Source: Felis catus
Taxonomy: Eukaryota
Direction: 5' to 3'
Assembly: GCF_018350175.1 (NCBI RefSeq)
Contig: NC_058368.1
Coordinates: forward strand, 18,850,001-18,914,000
Length of the DNA: 64,000 bases
The notes beneath the pieces are model-generated. The model searched no databases. It was not told where the DNA came from and saw only the letters and a list, made by a program, of their open reading frames with translations. This document shows positions 39,791 to 51,826 of the stretch, in pieces (position 1 is the stretch's first letter; every line of letters starts with the position of its first letter). Made by a program: the position numbers and the translations under genes.

Positions 39791-40329
39791 TCTCAGCAAC
39801 TATTAACTTTATGAGAGTAACTTAAATCTGTGGTTTAGATAACCAATACTACAGAACTTCAGAAATATTTTGTTTCTCTATAAATCAATTACAGGCAAGT
39901 CTAAAATTCTGAAGCATTTTAGACTCATTTCCAAGTTACAATACACGTTTTTACCGCCAGTCCACCTACTTCATTAATAGTGGTATGTCTGCCTACTTTA
40001 ACTGTATTTTTTGCTTTTTAATTCTTGAAACTTGTTTTTCTACCAGCACAGTTCAGTGGCAGAAAGGACTGGGATACTCTCTTCCTTTCTAAATTTAAGA
40101 AATCGTATGGATTAGGTTAGGTTAATACAATAACAGTGAACCTGGTAATTTAAGGACCTAATAATTTAAATGGTTGCTCTAGAAAACCATGTGAAGCCAG
40201 ATGAGAACCTCTGATGATGACATCATCATCATCATATAACTTACAGAGGAATATTAAAGTAATATGAGGAAGTCATCACATGAAAGAATAAAAATAGTGT
40301 TCATATCCTCACCAAGAAAAATGTAATGT

Positions 40330-40570
40330 GGGGCGCCTGGATAACTCTGTTAGTTAAGAGTCCAACTCCTGATTTAAGCCAGGTCATGATCTCACAATTC
40401 ATGGGTTCGAGTCCCGCATCGGGCTCTGTACTGGCAGTGTGGAGCCCACTTAGGATTCCTTCCTGCCCCCCCCCCGACACTCCCCCACTCATGCTGTCTC
40501 TGTCTCTCTCAAAATAAATAAACTTTAAAAAAAAATTTTTAAAAACTAAACAAACATCAAAATAAAAAGA
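40330..40570 (+). mobile_element. Can-SINE
   Basis: SINEC body flanked on both sides by aaaaatgtaatgt. Confidence 0.95.
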
Positions 40571-40589
40571 AAAAAATGTAATGTGTTAT

Positions 40590-40885
40590 TTTCCAAATGT
40601 CTGTTTTCATGCCCCCTTATGTGTGAGGAACTATACTCAGGTGTTTCCCAGGACCAGGAAAGAGAAGGGAAGAATTCTGCCCCAAAGAGCTCTCGCAGTC
40701 AGATGATACACAGGAAGCAAGAGACAAATACAGAAATTCCATGAGAAAGCACACCTGTTATGAGGAACCCAAGGAAAGAGAGAGATCCCATTCAACTGGA
40801 GGAAATCAAAAAAAGCTTCATAAAGGAGGTGGCAAAAGAGGTCACGTGGGAGGAGGAAGCACAGTGTGAGCAATGCCCATTCCGT
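40590..40885 (-). mobile_element. L2 fragment
   Basis: ctgccccaaagagctctcgcagtc...ggaggaaatcaaaaaaagcttcataaaggaggtggca. Confidence 0.65.
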
Positions 40886-41128
40886 GAAGGCGGGAGGACT
40901 GGGCCTGGGATGAGCGCTTTGCTAATATACATCTGGGGGACCTAAGATCTCAGAGGACAGCAAGTGTCCTGAGAAAACTCTTGCCCTCTTAGAGACAACG
41001 ATGAGAAAAATTGAGGCAAACTCTATATTCACGCCAGTCTAAGTTTTGCAGTCACTTAGTAATCAACAAATAAGGGGATTTTAGTCCAAGAGAAATATAT
41101 AAGGTAATTTTGCACAGAGGTTTTTGCA

Positions 41129-41350
41129 CAGAGGTTTCTCTGCCTCAGCAGTACTGGCATTTGAGGCCAGATCATTCTGTTAGGGGGCTGTCCTTAGCAC
41201 TGCTGAATGTTCAGCAGCAACCCTGGCCTTTCTCCTCTGTAGGCCAGTAGTGACCCCCTCCCACCCCATTCTGACAACCAAAAGTGTTTCCCCAATTGCC
41301 AAATGTGCCCGGGGCAGGGGGTCAAAATCCTCCCCAGTTGAGAACCACTG
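41129..41350 (+). mobile_element. MER20 hAT MITE (near full length)
   Basis: cagaggtttctc...gggggctgtcct...tgttcagcagcaaccctggcct...tgacaaccaaaagtgtttcc...ttgccaaatgt...ccagttgagaaccactg. Confidence 0.9.
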
Positions 41351-42824
41351 GCCTAGACTTTTGTATAAGAATGTAGAAATACTTACAATTTTTTTCCTTT
41401 CTCCCTTCTACCTGAAAAATCTTTGCAAATAAAATGGATGGAGGACACGGGAGACAGCACCCTGTCTTATGCAGCAACCCCAATCTCCTGGCCCTCACAG
41501 CCATCTCAGGCAGTATTCTTCTCATTTTAGAGATGAAGAAACCTATACCTAGCTATGAACTTGTCCAAAGTTCTAAGTTCAACAAGATTGAATAAATCTG
41601 GTGACAAGACTCAAGGTTCTAAACATTACTTATTGACCCAAAGGAGCCCTTTAACTTAAACAGATATCACTTTAATAAAAAAAAAAAAAGTAAATATTAA
41701 TCATCTTCTACATAATCTCATGCTAAATTGGCACAAATCCTGTCCACCTATTATGAACTATTTGTTCAGGAAAATCTAAAATGCCACCACTTCATACAAG
41801 GAACATACAAAAGCAGTTCAAAGAAAGAATCGCTGTAGGCTGACATGATTTCTTAAGGGCTATATAGGAATGAACACTCTTTGAAAGCAGGATCCAAAAA
41901 CAAGTAAGTAGCACCTGACTCTGAAGCCAAGACTATCACTGCCTCTGAACCACGCTACTCTCTCCATGCATCTTGCAAAACAAAACCAAAAGACTTTCTC
42001 TAAACAAGGGAAATCCCAGGAGTTATACAGGCCAACTGATGATCTAGCAAGAAGGGCAGCTTTGGCATTCTGCAACTCCTACAATGCCAGGAAGATGGTC
42101 TGGAGCAAGCACAAGGCCTTCCTTGGCCTTAGTTTCCTACCCATGCAATGGAGATACGGCCAAATGGTAAGGAAGACTAACCAGCACTTAGCAAAGTTTG
42201 GATGACAGCTTAATTAAGAACTTTACCTCATCCTTGCCCCTTAAATGAGGACACAATAATCTTTCTGAAGCTTAAGCTCACACCAAGAGCAGTCTTTTTT
42301 TTTTGTCCAAATGGGTATTTGTTCTATTTGTCAACCAAAGAGCATCAGCAAGCCAAGTCTATCTCCCTGTGAAAGTAAGTACTTTTCTTCCTAAGCAGTG
42401 TGTGGAGGGAGTTACAGAGCCCATACTACGAGAGACTAGAGTCCACTCATCCACATACTGAGAACACGGGGCAACTCCTTTTGGCCATACCGTAAGCCAT
42501 GTCTAGGTCACTTGGTCAGCCCCTCCCGACCACTCATTAATCATCACTACAAATGCACTCCCTCCTCTCCTCAGAGGTGCAGAAAATCCACTAGCCCAAA
42601 GGTTTTCTATATCAAAGTACTTTGTCATCTTTAAGAATCTAGTTAACTAGTTGGATGGGCTGACAGAATTTGTCTTGGGACTGCCAGTATGTGCATTAAC
42701 CATTTAGATTCTGTTAATTAACTTATCATTTATCCATTAATTTTATTCTGCCTTTGTATTTCCAACTTTAAATTGAAGTCCTAGTTTTTTCTTCCAAGAT
42801 TCCAAAGGTAATCATGCTCTCTGA

Positions 42825-43350
42825 TGTAGTACAGTGAAGTGGTTAAGAACCTGAGATCTGCAATAATAACCCACTGACCTCTTGGTTCCACCACTTACTA
42901 TGTGACATTGGGCAAATTAACTTTGTGCCTCAGCTTCCTAATCTAAGGACTGGGGATAGAGGAGCACCTGGTTGGCTCAACCCAAGGAGCATGCAACTCG
43001 ATCATGGCTACGAGTTCGAGCCCATGCTAGGTATAGTGATTGCCTCAATGAATAAATAAAAACTTAAAAAAATAATAATTAAAAAATGGGGATAGCGGGG
43101 CGCCTGGGTGGCGCAGTCAGTTAAGCGTCCGACTTCAGCCAGGTCACGATCTCGCGGTCCGTGAGTTCGAGCCCCGCGTCGGGCTCTGGGCTGATGGCGC
43201 AGAGCCTGGAGCCTGCTTCCGATTCTGTGTTTCCCTCTCTCTCTGCCCCTCCCCCATTCATGCTCTGTCTCTCTCTGTCTCAAAAATAAATAAACATTAA
43301 AAAAAAAATTTTTTTTTAAATGGGGATAGCAACAATACCTACCTGGTATG
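42825..43350 (+). mobile_element. MIR interrupted by a short Can-SINE (42961-43083) and a young Can-SINE (43097-43317)
   Basis: MIR core tgtgacattgggcaaattaactttgtgcctcagcttcc. TSD aaatggggatagc at 43084-43096 and 43318-43330. Confidence 0.93.
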
Positions 43351-43424
43351 TTTATGTAATTAAGTAATAAACATAAAGTCTAATTCCAGTCCTCTTCTCC
43401 TCCCTATAATAGTGTAACTAATCA

Positions 43425-43628
43425 GGGGCGCCTGGGTAAGTGTCCGACTTTGGCTCAGGTCATGATCTTGCAGTGCGTGGGTTTGAGCCCCACATCGGGG
43501 TCTGTGCTGATAGCTCAAGAATCTGGAGCCTGCTTCAGATTCTGTGTCCCTCTCTCTCTGCCCCTCCCCTGCTCGTACTCTCTCTCTCAAAAATAAACAA
43601 ACATTTAAAAAAATTAAAAAAAAAAAAC
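43425..43628 (+). mobile_element. Can-SINE (A-box region deleted)
   Basis: TSD agt(g/a)taactaatca at 43411-43424 and 43629-43642. Confidence 0.95.
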
Positions 43629-43784
43629 AGTATAACTAATCAACACTTGCTTTAATCCAATATTCTCTCTCAAATAGGAATGGAAAACCACAAAGTTCAT
43701 TTTCATTTCAAAATGAACACATTTCATTTCTAATGTGTTTGTTGCTTAAAATGTGAAAAGTCAATCAAAAATAAAGAAAAAATA

Positions 43785-44037
43785 GGGGCACCTGGGTGGC
43801 TCAGTTGGTTGAGCATCCAGCTTCCGCTCAGGTCACGACCTCATAGTTTGTGAGTTTGAGCCCCGCGTTGGACTCTGTGCTGACAGCTCGGAGCCAGGAG
43901 CCTGTTTCAGATTCTGTGTCTTCCTCTCTCTCTGCTCCTCCCCCACTCGTGCTCGCTCTCTCTCTCATTCTCTCTCTAAATATTAAATATTCTCTCTCTA
44001 AAATATTAAAAAAAAATTTTTTAATAAAATAAATAAA
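43785..44037 (+). mobile_element. Can-SINE
   Basis: SINEC head and body; the tail has a duplicated attctctctctaaa(a)tattaaa. Confidence 0.95.
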
Positions 44038-45556
44038 TTACTTATATTTATACAATCCAAATACGACCCACCATTAACATCTGGATATATTTCCTTCCAG
44101 ATATTTCACATGATCTGAAACTGAAAGATATATCATACAGTCAGATCAGTTTACATACAATTTTATATTCTGCTTTCCCATGTTGCTGGGTATTTTCCCA
44201 TGCTATCAGAAGCTCTTCCAAAACACAAAACAAGTCTTTCAGAATGTCCCTATCAAATCTGTTACAGCATTATTAGGAAAGATAGGTATTTTGGCTCTCT
44301 CTTTGGTTCCGATCTGCGCTTTTTATCTCAAAATATTCTACATAATCCAGAAGCCCATAAATAAAAATATGAAAGCCCCAGATGCTCAGCTACTTTGAAT
44401 TTTAAGGCCAAGAATTTTGGCTAATGCTAAAATGTGTGATACTGCATAATTATATAGCTCCTGCTCTGAACACCTCCATTTGCCCTGCAAGTACTTCCCT
44501 GTGGTATCACTAACCCCACTTTACAGATCAAGAAGTTAATAGAGCAGTGATGTGACTTATCTAAATATGAATTATCTGGTTACCAATCTAAAAACAGAAT
44601 CCAGGGATCCTAATATTTACTGCAAAATCACAAACCTGGGAGAGGCTCATGAAGGCACTATAAAAAGCCAATGTTAGAGGGAATTCTGATGAGAATCAGT
44701 TCTCAAACATGCTGGTGATCTAAGAACATCTTCCCAGGGGTGTTAGAAAATATATCTAACCGAAGATCTCCAAGCAAGTGTTGTAGACACCAGCACTGGC
44801 TGGCCAATTATCACTGTCCAAAATTACAGGTGGGAAAACCGAGGCAGAAGGAAACTGAAACACACATCCCCAACATTTTGCGATCAAGACAGGACTAGTC
44901 TTCCTTTCCCATCTCAGCTCAGCCCAAAGGAAGCCAGGTAAGTAGGCCAAGTTTCCATGTAGACTGACAAGGAGAGCAGGGATTTTACTGCTCTGAACAG
45001 GAAGAAAAATGGGGAGATGATGACGAAGGGAGAGAGGGCAACGAGAAAACAGAAACAGGATGAGTACCCAATCCAACGAGGTTGATGTAAGATGTGCATG
45101 GGTCCCGAGGCATGTACCAGGTCACACATGCAGGGTTGGCTCAGACACTTCCCAAGCAGTACACAGGAGCTGGAGAATCCAGCTCCATAAGCCTGGACTG
45201 ACAGAGTCAAATCTCTGTAACCAACAGATAAAATGTCTATGGAATTATTCACCCAGAACACAGGGATGGCATCCCTGATCATCCTCATCAAGGCACAAAA
45301 ACCATGCAATCCTGAGATTTTTAACTCCTTTTACTAACGTGGAGACTATGGTAATGTAGAGACATGTCAGAATGTGAAGTCAGCCAACACCACCCATCAC
45401 CAAGTCAATAATTTCCACGTTTAACACAGATGGAGCGGAAAGACTACAAAATCTGCTAAGCCTGATTATGCCTACAGAGTTCGAGATTCGCCACTGAACA
45501 GCATGAAGATACACTTTTAGTTCAGTGAAAACAAGTGATGACAACATGCACCTAGA

Positions 45557-45658
45557 GGGGCGCCTGGCTGGCTTAGTCAAAAGAGCATGCAAGTCTTGAG
45601 CTGGAGGTGAGGAGTTTAGGCCCCACACTGGGTTACAGAGATTACTTGAAAATAAAAG
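45557..45658 (+). mobile_element. Short Can-SINE
   Basis: TSD gcacctaga at 45548-45556 and 45659-45667. Confidence 0.93.
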
Positions 45659-46265
45659 GCACCTAGAATTAACACTGATATGGCTATAATTACTCATCTT
45701 ATCCCTTGGTACGGTTCTCTCTTCCCAAAAGTCAAATATAGGTTAACTATACATCACATAATGGGATGGATCTGATGGTGCAGATTCAGTGGAAATTTAC
45801 GTCTATACATCCAGACTATCTTATGCAGGGAGAAGCTGTTTCCTTCCCCCCTTGTCTATTTACCAGCACAAACTAAGGTTAGTAAAAATATCTTTCAAGA
45901 CAAACACATACTCACAGGTTTTTTTAGCTTAAAGACTAAAATACACAAAGTTGTTTCCATTTAGCTTACTCCCCTCAGTCACTCTCTTCTCTATGGGTGT
46001 TGCTTAATGTGGAACTTGCTCCCGTAAAGCACAATACTACCATCCTCCAGACACTGCTTAGAATCAGCACAGGCCCCTATGGCCCTACGCTCTTTCACAG
46101 CTCTTCTGTGTCAAAGGGTGACACAGCATCCAGAAACTAGGACAGGTTTTCTCAGGCCACCTTTCAAGAAGCACAGTGTCCCTGGACAAGGGCACTACCG
46201 ACCCGACCCCACTGTGTACTCCACTGGTCACTCCCCATCCATAACAGAAAAACCAGGTTTGGTTT

Positions 46266-46497
46266 GGGGCGCCTGGGTGGTTCAGTCGGTTAAGCATCCA
46301 ACTTAGGCTCAGGTCACGATCTGGAGGTTCCTGAGTTCCAGCCCACGTCGGGCTCTGTGCTGACAGCTCAGAGCCTGGAGCCTGCTTCAGATTCTGTGTC
46401 TCCCTCTCTCTCTGCCCCTCCCCGCTTGTGCTCTGTCTCTCAAAAATGAGTAAATGTAAAAAAAAAAAAAAAAAAAAAAATTGTTTAAAAAAAAAAA
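46266..46497 (+). mobile_element. Can-SINE
   Basis: SINEC body and long A-tail, with agaaaaaccagg on both sides. Confidence 0.96.
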
Positions 46498-47610
46498 AGA
46501 AAAACCAGGAGGTTTGGGATTCTATGTTTTGTCAACACATAGAAATCTAAGTCCTCTGAAGGGTTGATTAAAGAGTTAAAACCGGTTAGCCGGGAAAAGA
46601 ATACTGGTTAGCTGTAGAAACTGGCTTCACATACCTGAAGAGGAAACAAACTGAGCCAATTCCAGGTGACTCCCAAAACCAGAACCAGAAGCAAGCCAGG
46701 GGGCAGGAGAAGGGGGAATTACAGGCGAACACATGGGGTCAATACAGAAATAAACTTTACAGCAATGTGGGAAGTAACAGATTCTCAAGTATCTCACAAT
46801 GGCCAAGCAGAGGCTTCCATATCAGGTGGTAGTTTTAAAATTTGAGATTATACTTAAAAATAAAGTTAAATAAATAAATGATACTCCATGATTCATCATG
46901 CCTTCTGGTACACAAAGTTTAATAAACTTGAAGGCCCAAACCCAAACTCAGCAAGGAAATAAATGGGAATACAAACAGTTTAAGGTAACTTCTACACAAT
47001 GTGAGGCATTAAATCTACTTGTACATCCCTGTGAATGGGATTGTATCTATTAATAATTTAGAGACCATTTCCAACGGCAGTAGTTAATACAATAGGGTTG
47101 TGGTGATAAAGTAAAACTGCACCAGTAACCAGCAATAACCTCTGAAGAAACTTTTCACCTGATTTACATTAATCGGTTGGAGAAATTTATTCAAATTGAA
47201 TAAACCAGGGGGCTGAAAATGAGAAAGAAACCGAAGAAGAAAGGAAAAAGTATGGAGGGGGAGTAGGGGATGATCAAAAAGACACTTTTAATATAAGTCA
47301 TTTAGATCTGTGCCCTCAGAAGCTCAGCAGACTATGTGGCATTCTTCACTTAGGGAATAACTGAGAACAGATCAGACAGACTCCCTACAACCCACGTTTT
47401 TAACTAATCTACCCCAGCTATCAGCCTCAGATGAGAAATGAGAAAATTAATGAACAAAAAATAAACCTATTAAAATGAGGGGGGTGGTCATTAATAGATG
47501 GTGATTTTCAGTTTAAAGCAGTTCAGGCAAAAGCTAACTTTTGTCACTCTCAAAAGGTAAACACTGCAAAACTCTGGCTTCCACATTTCTCTCCACCTCA
47601 TCAAACTTTT

Positions 47611-47823
47611 TTTTTTTTCAATGTTTTTTTTTATTTTTGGGACAGAGAGAGACAGAGCATGAACGGGGGAGGGGCAGAGAGAGAGGGAGACACAGAATCG
47701 GAAACAGGCTCCAGGCTCTGAGCCATCAGCCCAGAGCCTGACGTGGGGCTCGAACTCACGGACCGCGAGATCGTGACCTGGCTGAAGTCGGACGCTTAAC
47801 CAACTGCGCCACCCAGGCGCCCC
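47611..47823 (-). mobile_element. Young Can-SINE
   Basis: Perfect 16-bp TSD acctcatcaaactttt at 47595-47610 and 47825-47840; CpGs largely intact. Confidence 0.97.
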
Positions 47824-49715
47824 AACCTCATCAAACTTTTAAGACATTTGAATTGGATGACAATTCACTGGGGATCATTTCTGATGGTGGTTCTGACTCC
47901 TGGTGATTCAATACACAATCACACACTTGTAAACTTGGTAAGAGCAAAACATTCCCTGACTCAGGAGAAGTTCATGTATGTTCTTTTTCGCAGCTTTCTG
48001 TGCTGTCAATGGCATACTTAGGACATAAAAGCATCACAAAAAGTCAGATTTTCTTTTTACCATGTGTACTTAAATGCAAGAGCTCAAAGACCCTAACATG
48101 TCAAACTATTCAAAAATTAGACCCAGGTCACAGAAAATAAAACTAAGTATCATTATAGTATTTTCTTAATATTCTGCACTAGCTAAATTATTTTGTAGGC
48201 TCAGACTCCTACAGAAGCATGCCAGTGTTGAACCACACCCAACAGAGATAATTAATACCCTCTTTGTGTGTTCCAATTTTATTTTATTTTTTTCCTGTCT
48301 TCCTCTACCTCTGGTTGAAAGAGCCAAAATGTGTACTCCCTACACTATCACAGGAAACAAAGCAAGGGAATTCTATCCAAATTGAAGGATGTCAAATTCC
48401 CAGGCATGGCCAGGCAGGATGTCAAAGGTCATGCCCCATATTTGGCGAAAGAAAAATACTATTAATATATTTATAGCCAGAACGGGTAACTATAAATCCA
48501 AAAGCTATAACCTGATGAAAGATGGAAAAGGCATTAAATTCAAAAGTTTTTATGCCCACACAGGAAGGCTGTCCTGATGACATTTAAGTTCATCTGCAAA
48601 ACTGGTGTGGTCTAACAAGTCGACGCTCTTATGGCTCTTACCTGTGGGCCCTGTGCGGGTCTGCAGCAAAGTGGCCGCCACCTTGTTTCAGGCCAGAGTA
48701 ACACAATAGCAGCCCCAGGGAGCAGGGAGACCTCACCAGGAGAGATGAGATTTTGTGCAAAAGGCAAGTCCCGGACTGGAAAGTTTGCTTAATAAAATTC
48801 AGTGTCATTTTGTTTTAAGTGAGTCCCTGAAACAGTCTAGGCAAGCCTCCTCAGAAACATGCTTAATAGGGCATGTGACTAAAGGGAGGGCTCGCCATTT
48901 CAAATCCCAGGGGTATATTCACAGTTAAGGCTCACAAAGAATTTAGACAGGAAAGGAATCCCTCTGATGCATTACTTTAGAATCTGAGATGTTTAGTTTT
49001 CATTTTATGCTTAGACTTCTTTACTTCTTCCTCCCAGTCCTCTTTAAAAGTTATTTGAAACACAAATGGGGGTGGAAAGTGTGAATGAGGCTTAATTGGA
49101 AGCCCTGAGCTGTCAATCCCAGTAGAATGATCTCAGCTCTTGACATCCGTGATTGAATGTGTTTTCCTTTTTCTCTTCTTGCCTTTTATATAAACACAGG
49201 CGGAAGTCATGGTTAGTCTAAGAACCATGGCCATCAACAGTCTGTCTTTGATTAAAAGGTCTACATAATTTCATCACAAAAGAAATTAAGCAGGGCCTTT
49301 CTATGAATACATTCAGCATTTGATATAACCCAAAATCATTTACGCTGTTCAACAGGATCACATGGTGTAAGTCATTATTTTAATTTTTTTTCCTAGAAAT
49401 AGAATTTATAAGGCATGCAATGTAATGGTAATGAATTCTGAAATTGACTTTCAAACATGCAACCTCCCATAGTTTGTGGAGCAGAAATGATCAGCATAAA
49501 TGTGAGCTACGCATGTATCAATATAATATTCTCTACATTATATTCTGTCTCTCCCCCATTTTCTCCATCTTTAGCTCAAAATAAAGCAAAAATAAAGCAA
49601 TCACACTAAGGAATGAAATGGTACAAACTTTAATATCCCAACTACTTATTAAATGCAACAATTGAGTTATTGAAACTCAATAACCTGGAAAGATGACTCA
49701 AGAGTATTTACTTCT

Positions 49716-49890
49716 GGGGGCGCCTGGTCTTAATTTTCACTCAGGTCATGATCTCACGGATTCATGGGTTTGAGCCCCGCATCGGCCTCCTCGCCCTGAC
49801 AGTGCAGAGTCTGCTTGGGATTCTCTCTCTCCCCCTCTCTCTCTGCCCCTCATGCACACGCTCTCCTTCAGAATAAATAAACTTAAAAAT
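49716..49890 (+). mobile_element. Can-SINE (A-box region deleted)
   Basis: gggggcgcctgg...tcaggtcatgatctcacgg...aataaataaacttaaaaa. Confidence 0.92.
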
Positions 49891-51730
49891 ATTTTTTTTA
49901 CAAAGAATATTTTTTTCTGAGTTAGACACCACACTGAGAAACTCAGGCTATAAACTCTGAAAAGATGGATACAGACAGCGTGGGGACTAGCCTTGAAATA
50001 CAGGGAACCATCTAAACACCAAAGTGTGGGCACGGTAATTCTTAAAGCTGTGACAACCATGCTTCTAAATTTCTATTTCAGTAACCCCAAATCTTGGTGT
50101 TTTGTTTGGTTTTTAGTATGTTCCATGTAACTATCAAAGACATCAAAATGGCATTTCTAGAAATATAAAGCACCTTACAGAAAACATCCCAGGAATACGG
50201 GGATATAATATTACAGTGCTACTACAAAGCAGAGTGATCACAGCTGGCGAAGTATCCATTATAGAGGCAAAAAAGATGATGCAAATCACATCAAAACACA
50301 CCTCATTACAGGAATTTTTAACCCTAAAAAATTTCCTTAGCATTAATTTTTTAATTTTCCTAAGTACTTCAGAAGAGAACAAAAAAAGCAATAAAAACCA
50401 TTTGGTGAGCTCGTCTAAAATGTAAACCCATCAAATACTGTGTTTAAGATCAGTGTTAACAACAGCAACAAAAAAAATAATCTGAAAGCCCGCGTCTTAA
50501 TACAAATACAAAATAAATATAAATCTAGACCCTATATAATTAATTCTATTTCATGAATTCTAAGAGGTTCAAGAAACCAGTTGGGGCACACAGGTAACAG
50601 AAGAAAGTATAGGAATCTTTCACATTCAATGTATGCAAATGTAATAATGGGACACTAAAAATAGAAAGTTAAATTCTAAAAGGTTGAAGGAGAGACCAAT
50701 TCAAGTTGCACAGGTTAGGTAATATTCTCTCAGCAGGATGGCCCACAGGAAGCTTTCACATTCATTGCATGTAAATTTCATGATGGCATGCATATCTACC
50801 CATCCAGAGAGAAAAGGTTTACATTCAAGTTTAGAGAAATGCAACCAGCTTGGTACCCAGTACACAAACAACCTTAGTGATATTTACAAGTTCGGCAAGT
50901 TCCTCTCAGCCTCTCCCCCTCCCCCCTTCAGAGCTGGCCCTGCAGGGTGAGAGAAAGGGAAAGAGGTCTCCAGATGCAGACAGGTGATACAAAGCTTGCC
51001 TTAAAGTAGGAGGGTTCTCCTACATTCAGTCACAGTATGGTGGGCTGAAACTGACGCTGAACCCTCACTGGTGGGACAAATTGATGATTCTCCAAATTAC
51101 ATATCACAAACTCAAGAAACTACGTCATCTCTGATACAAAATCAGGATGACTGAAGGTACCTATCTTGATGCATTTATCCTGATGCAACCTCCACTTAAG
51201 GTTATGTGAGAACAACAGGAAAAAAATTCCTTTTATGTCAAAATAGTACAATAAAATCCACATTTGACTGTCACTACCTCAAGAATCTGCCAAAATAAGA
51301 GCCTCTAGCTAAACCATATGCAAACCATTTCCTTTGACCTTGCTTCCAAGCAAACGAACTATCTGAAGTATTTGATATTTACTTGTATAGACCATTCCCA
51401 AATATTTATGTGGTTATTTTGTTTTCAAGCTTTGAAGGACATGTAATATTTACAAGCCTAGGAATTATGTAATTCATTATAATTTCACTCTCCAAATTAC
51501 ATTTGAAATCCAAATACATTTCTTTTTAAATACGGAATGTAGAGTAAGCCCTTTTCTTTTCCCAGTTACCCTCACCACCACTGAGAAGATAAAGACCCTC
51601 CCATTCTGTATGCAGGGATTTCTCACCTAGACAAGATGGGTCTTCCCTCAAGACACCTGCATGGCAAGCTCCTGGGGTATGGAACTGGTAGAGGAAAAGC
51701 ACTAATTTTTTAAATTAAAAAAGGAAAACT

Positions 51731-51826
51731 GGGGGCACCTGACTGAGTCAGTCAATATAGTATGTCACTCGTGATCTAGGGTTTGGGAGTCCAAGCCCCA
51801 CGGTGGGCACAGAGCCTACTAAAAGC
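51731..51826 (+). mobile_element. Short Can-SINE
   Basis: TSD aaaaggaaaact at 51719-51730 and 51827-51838. Confidence 0.92.
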
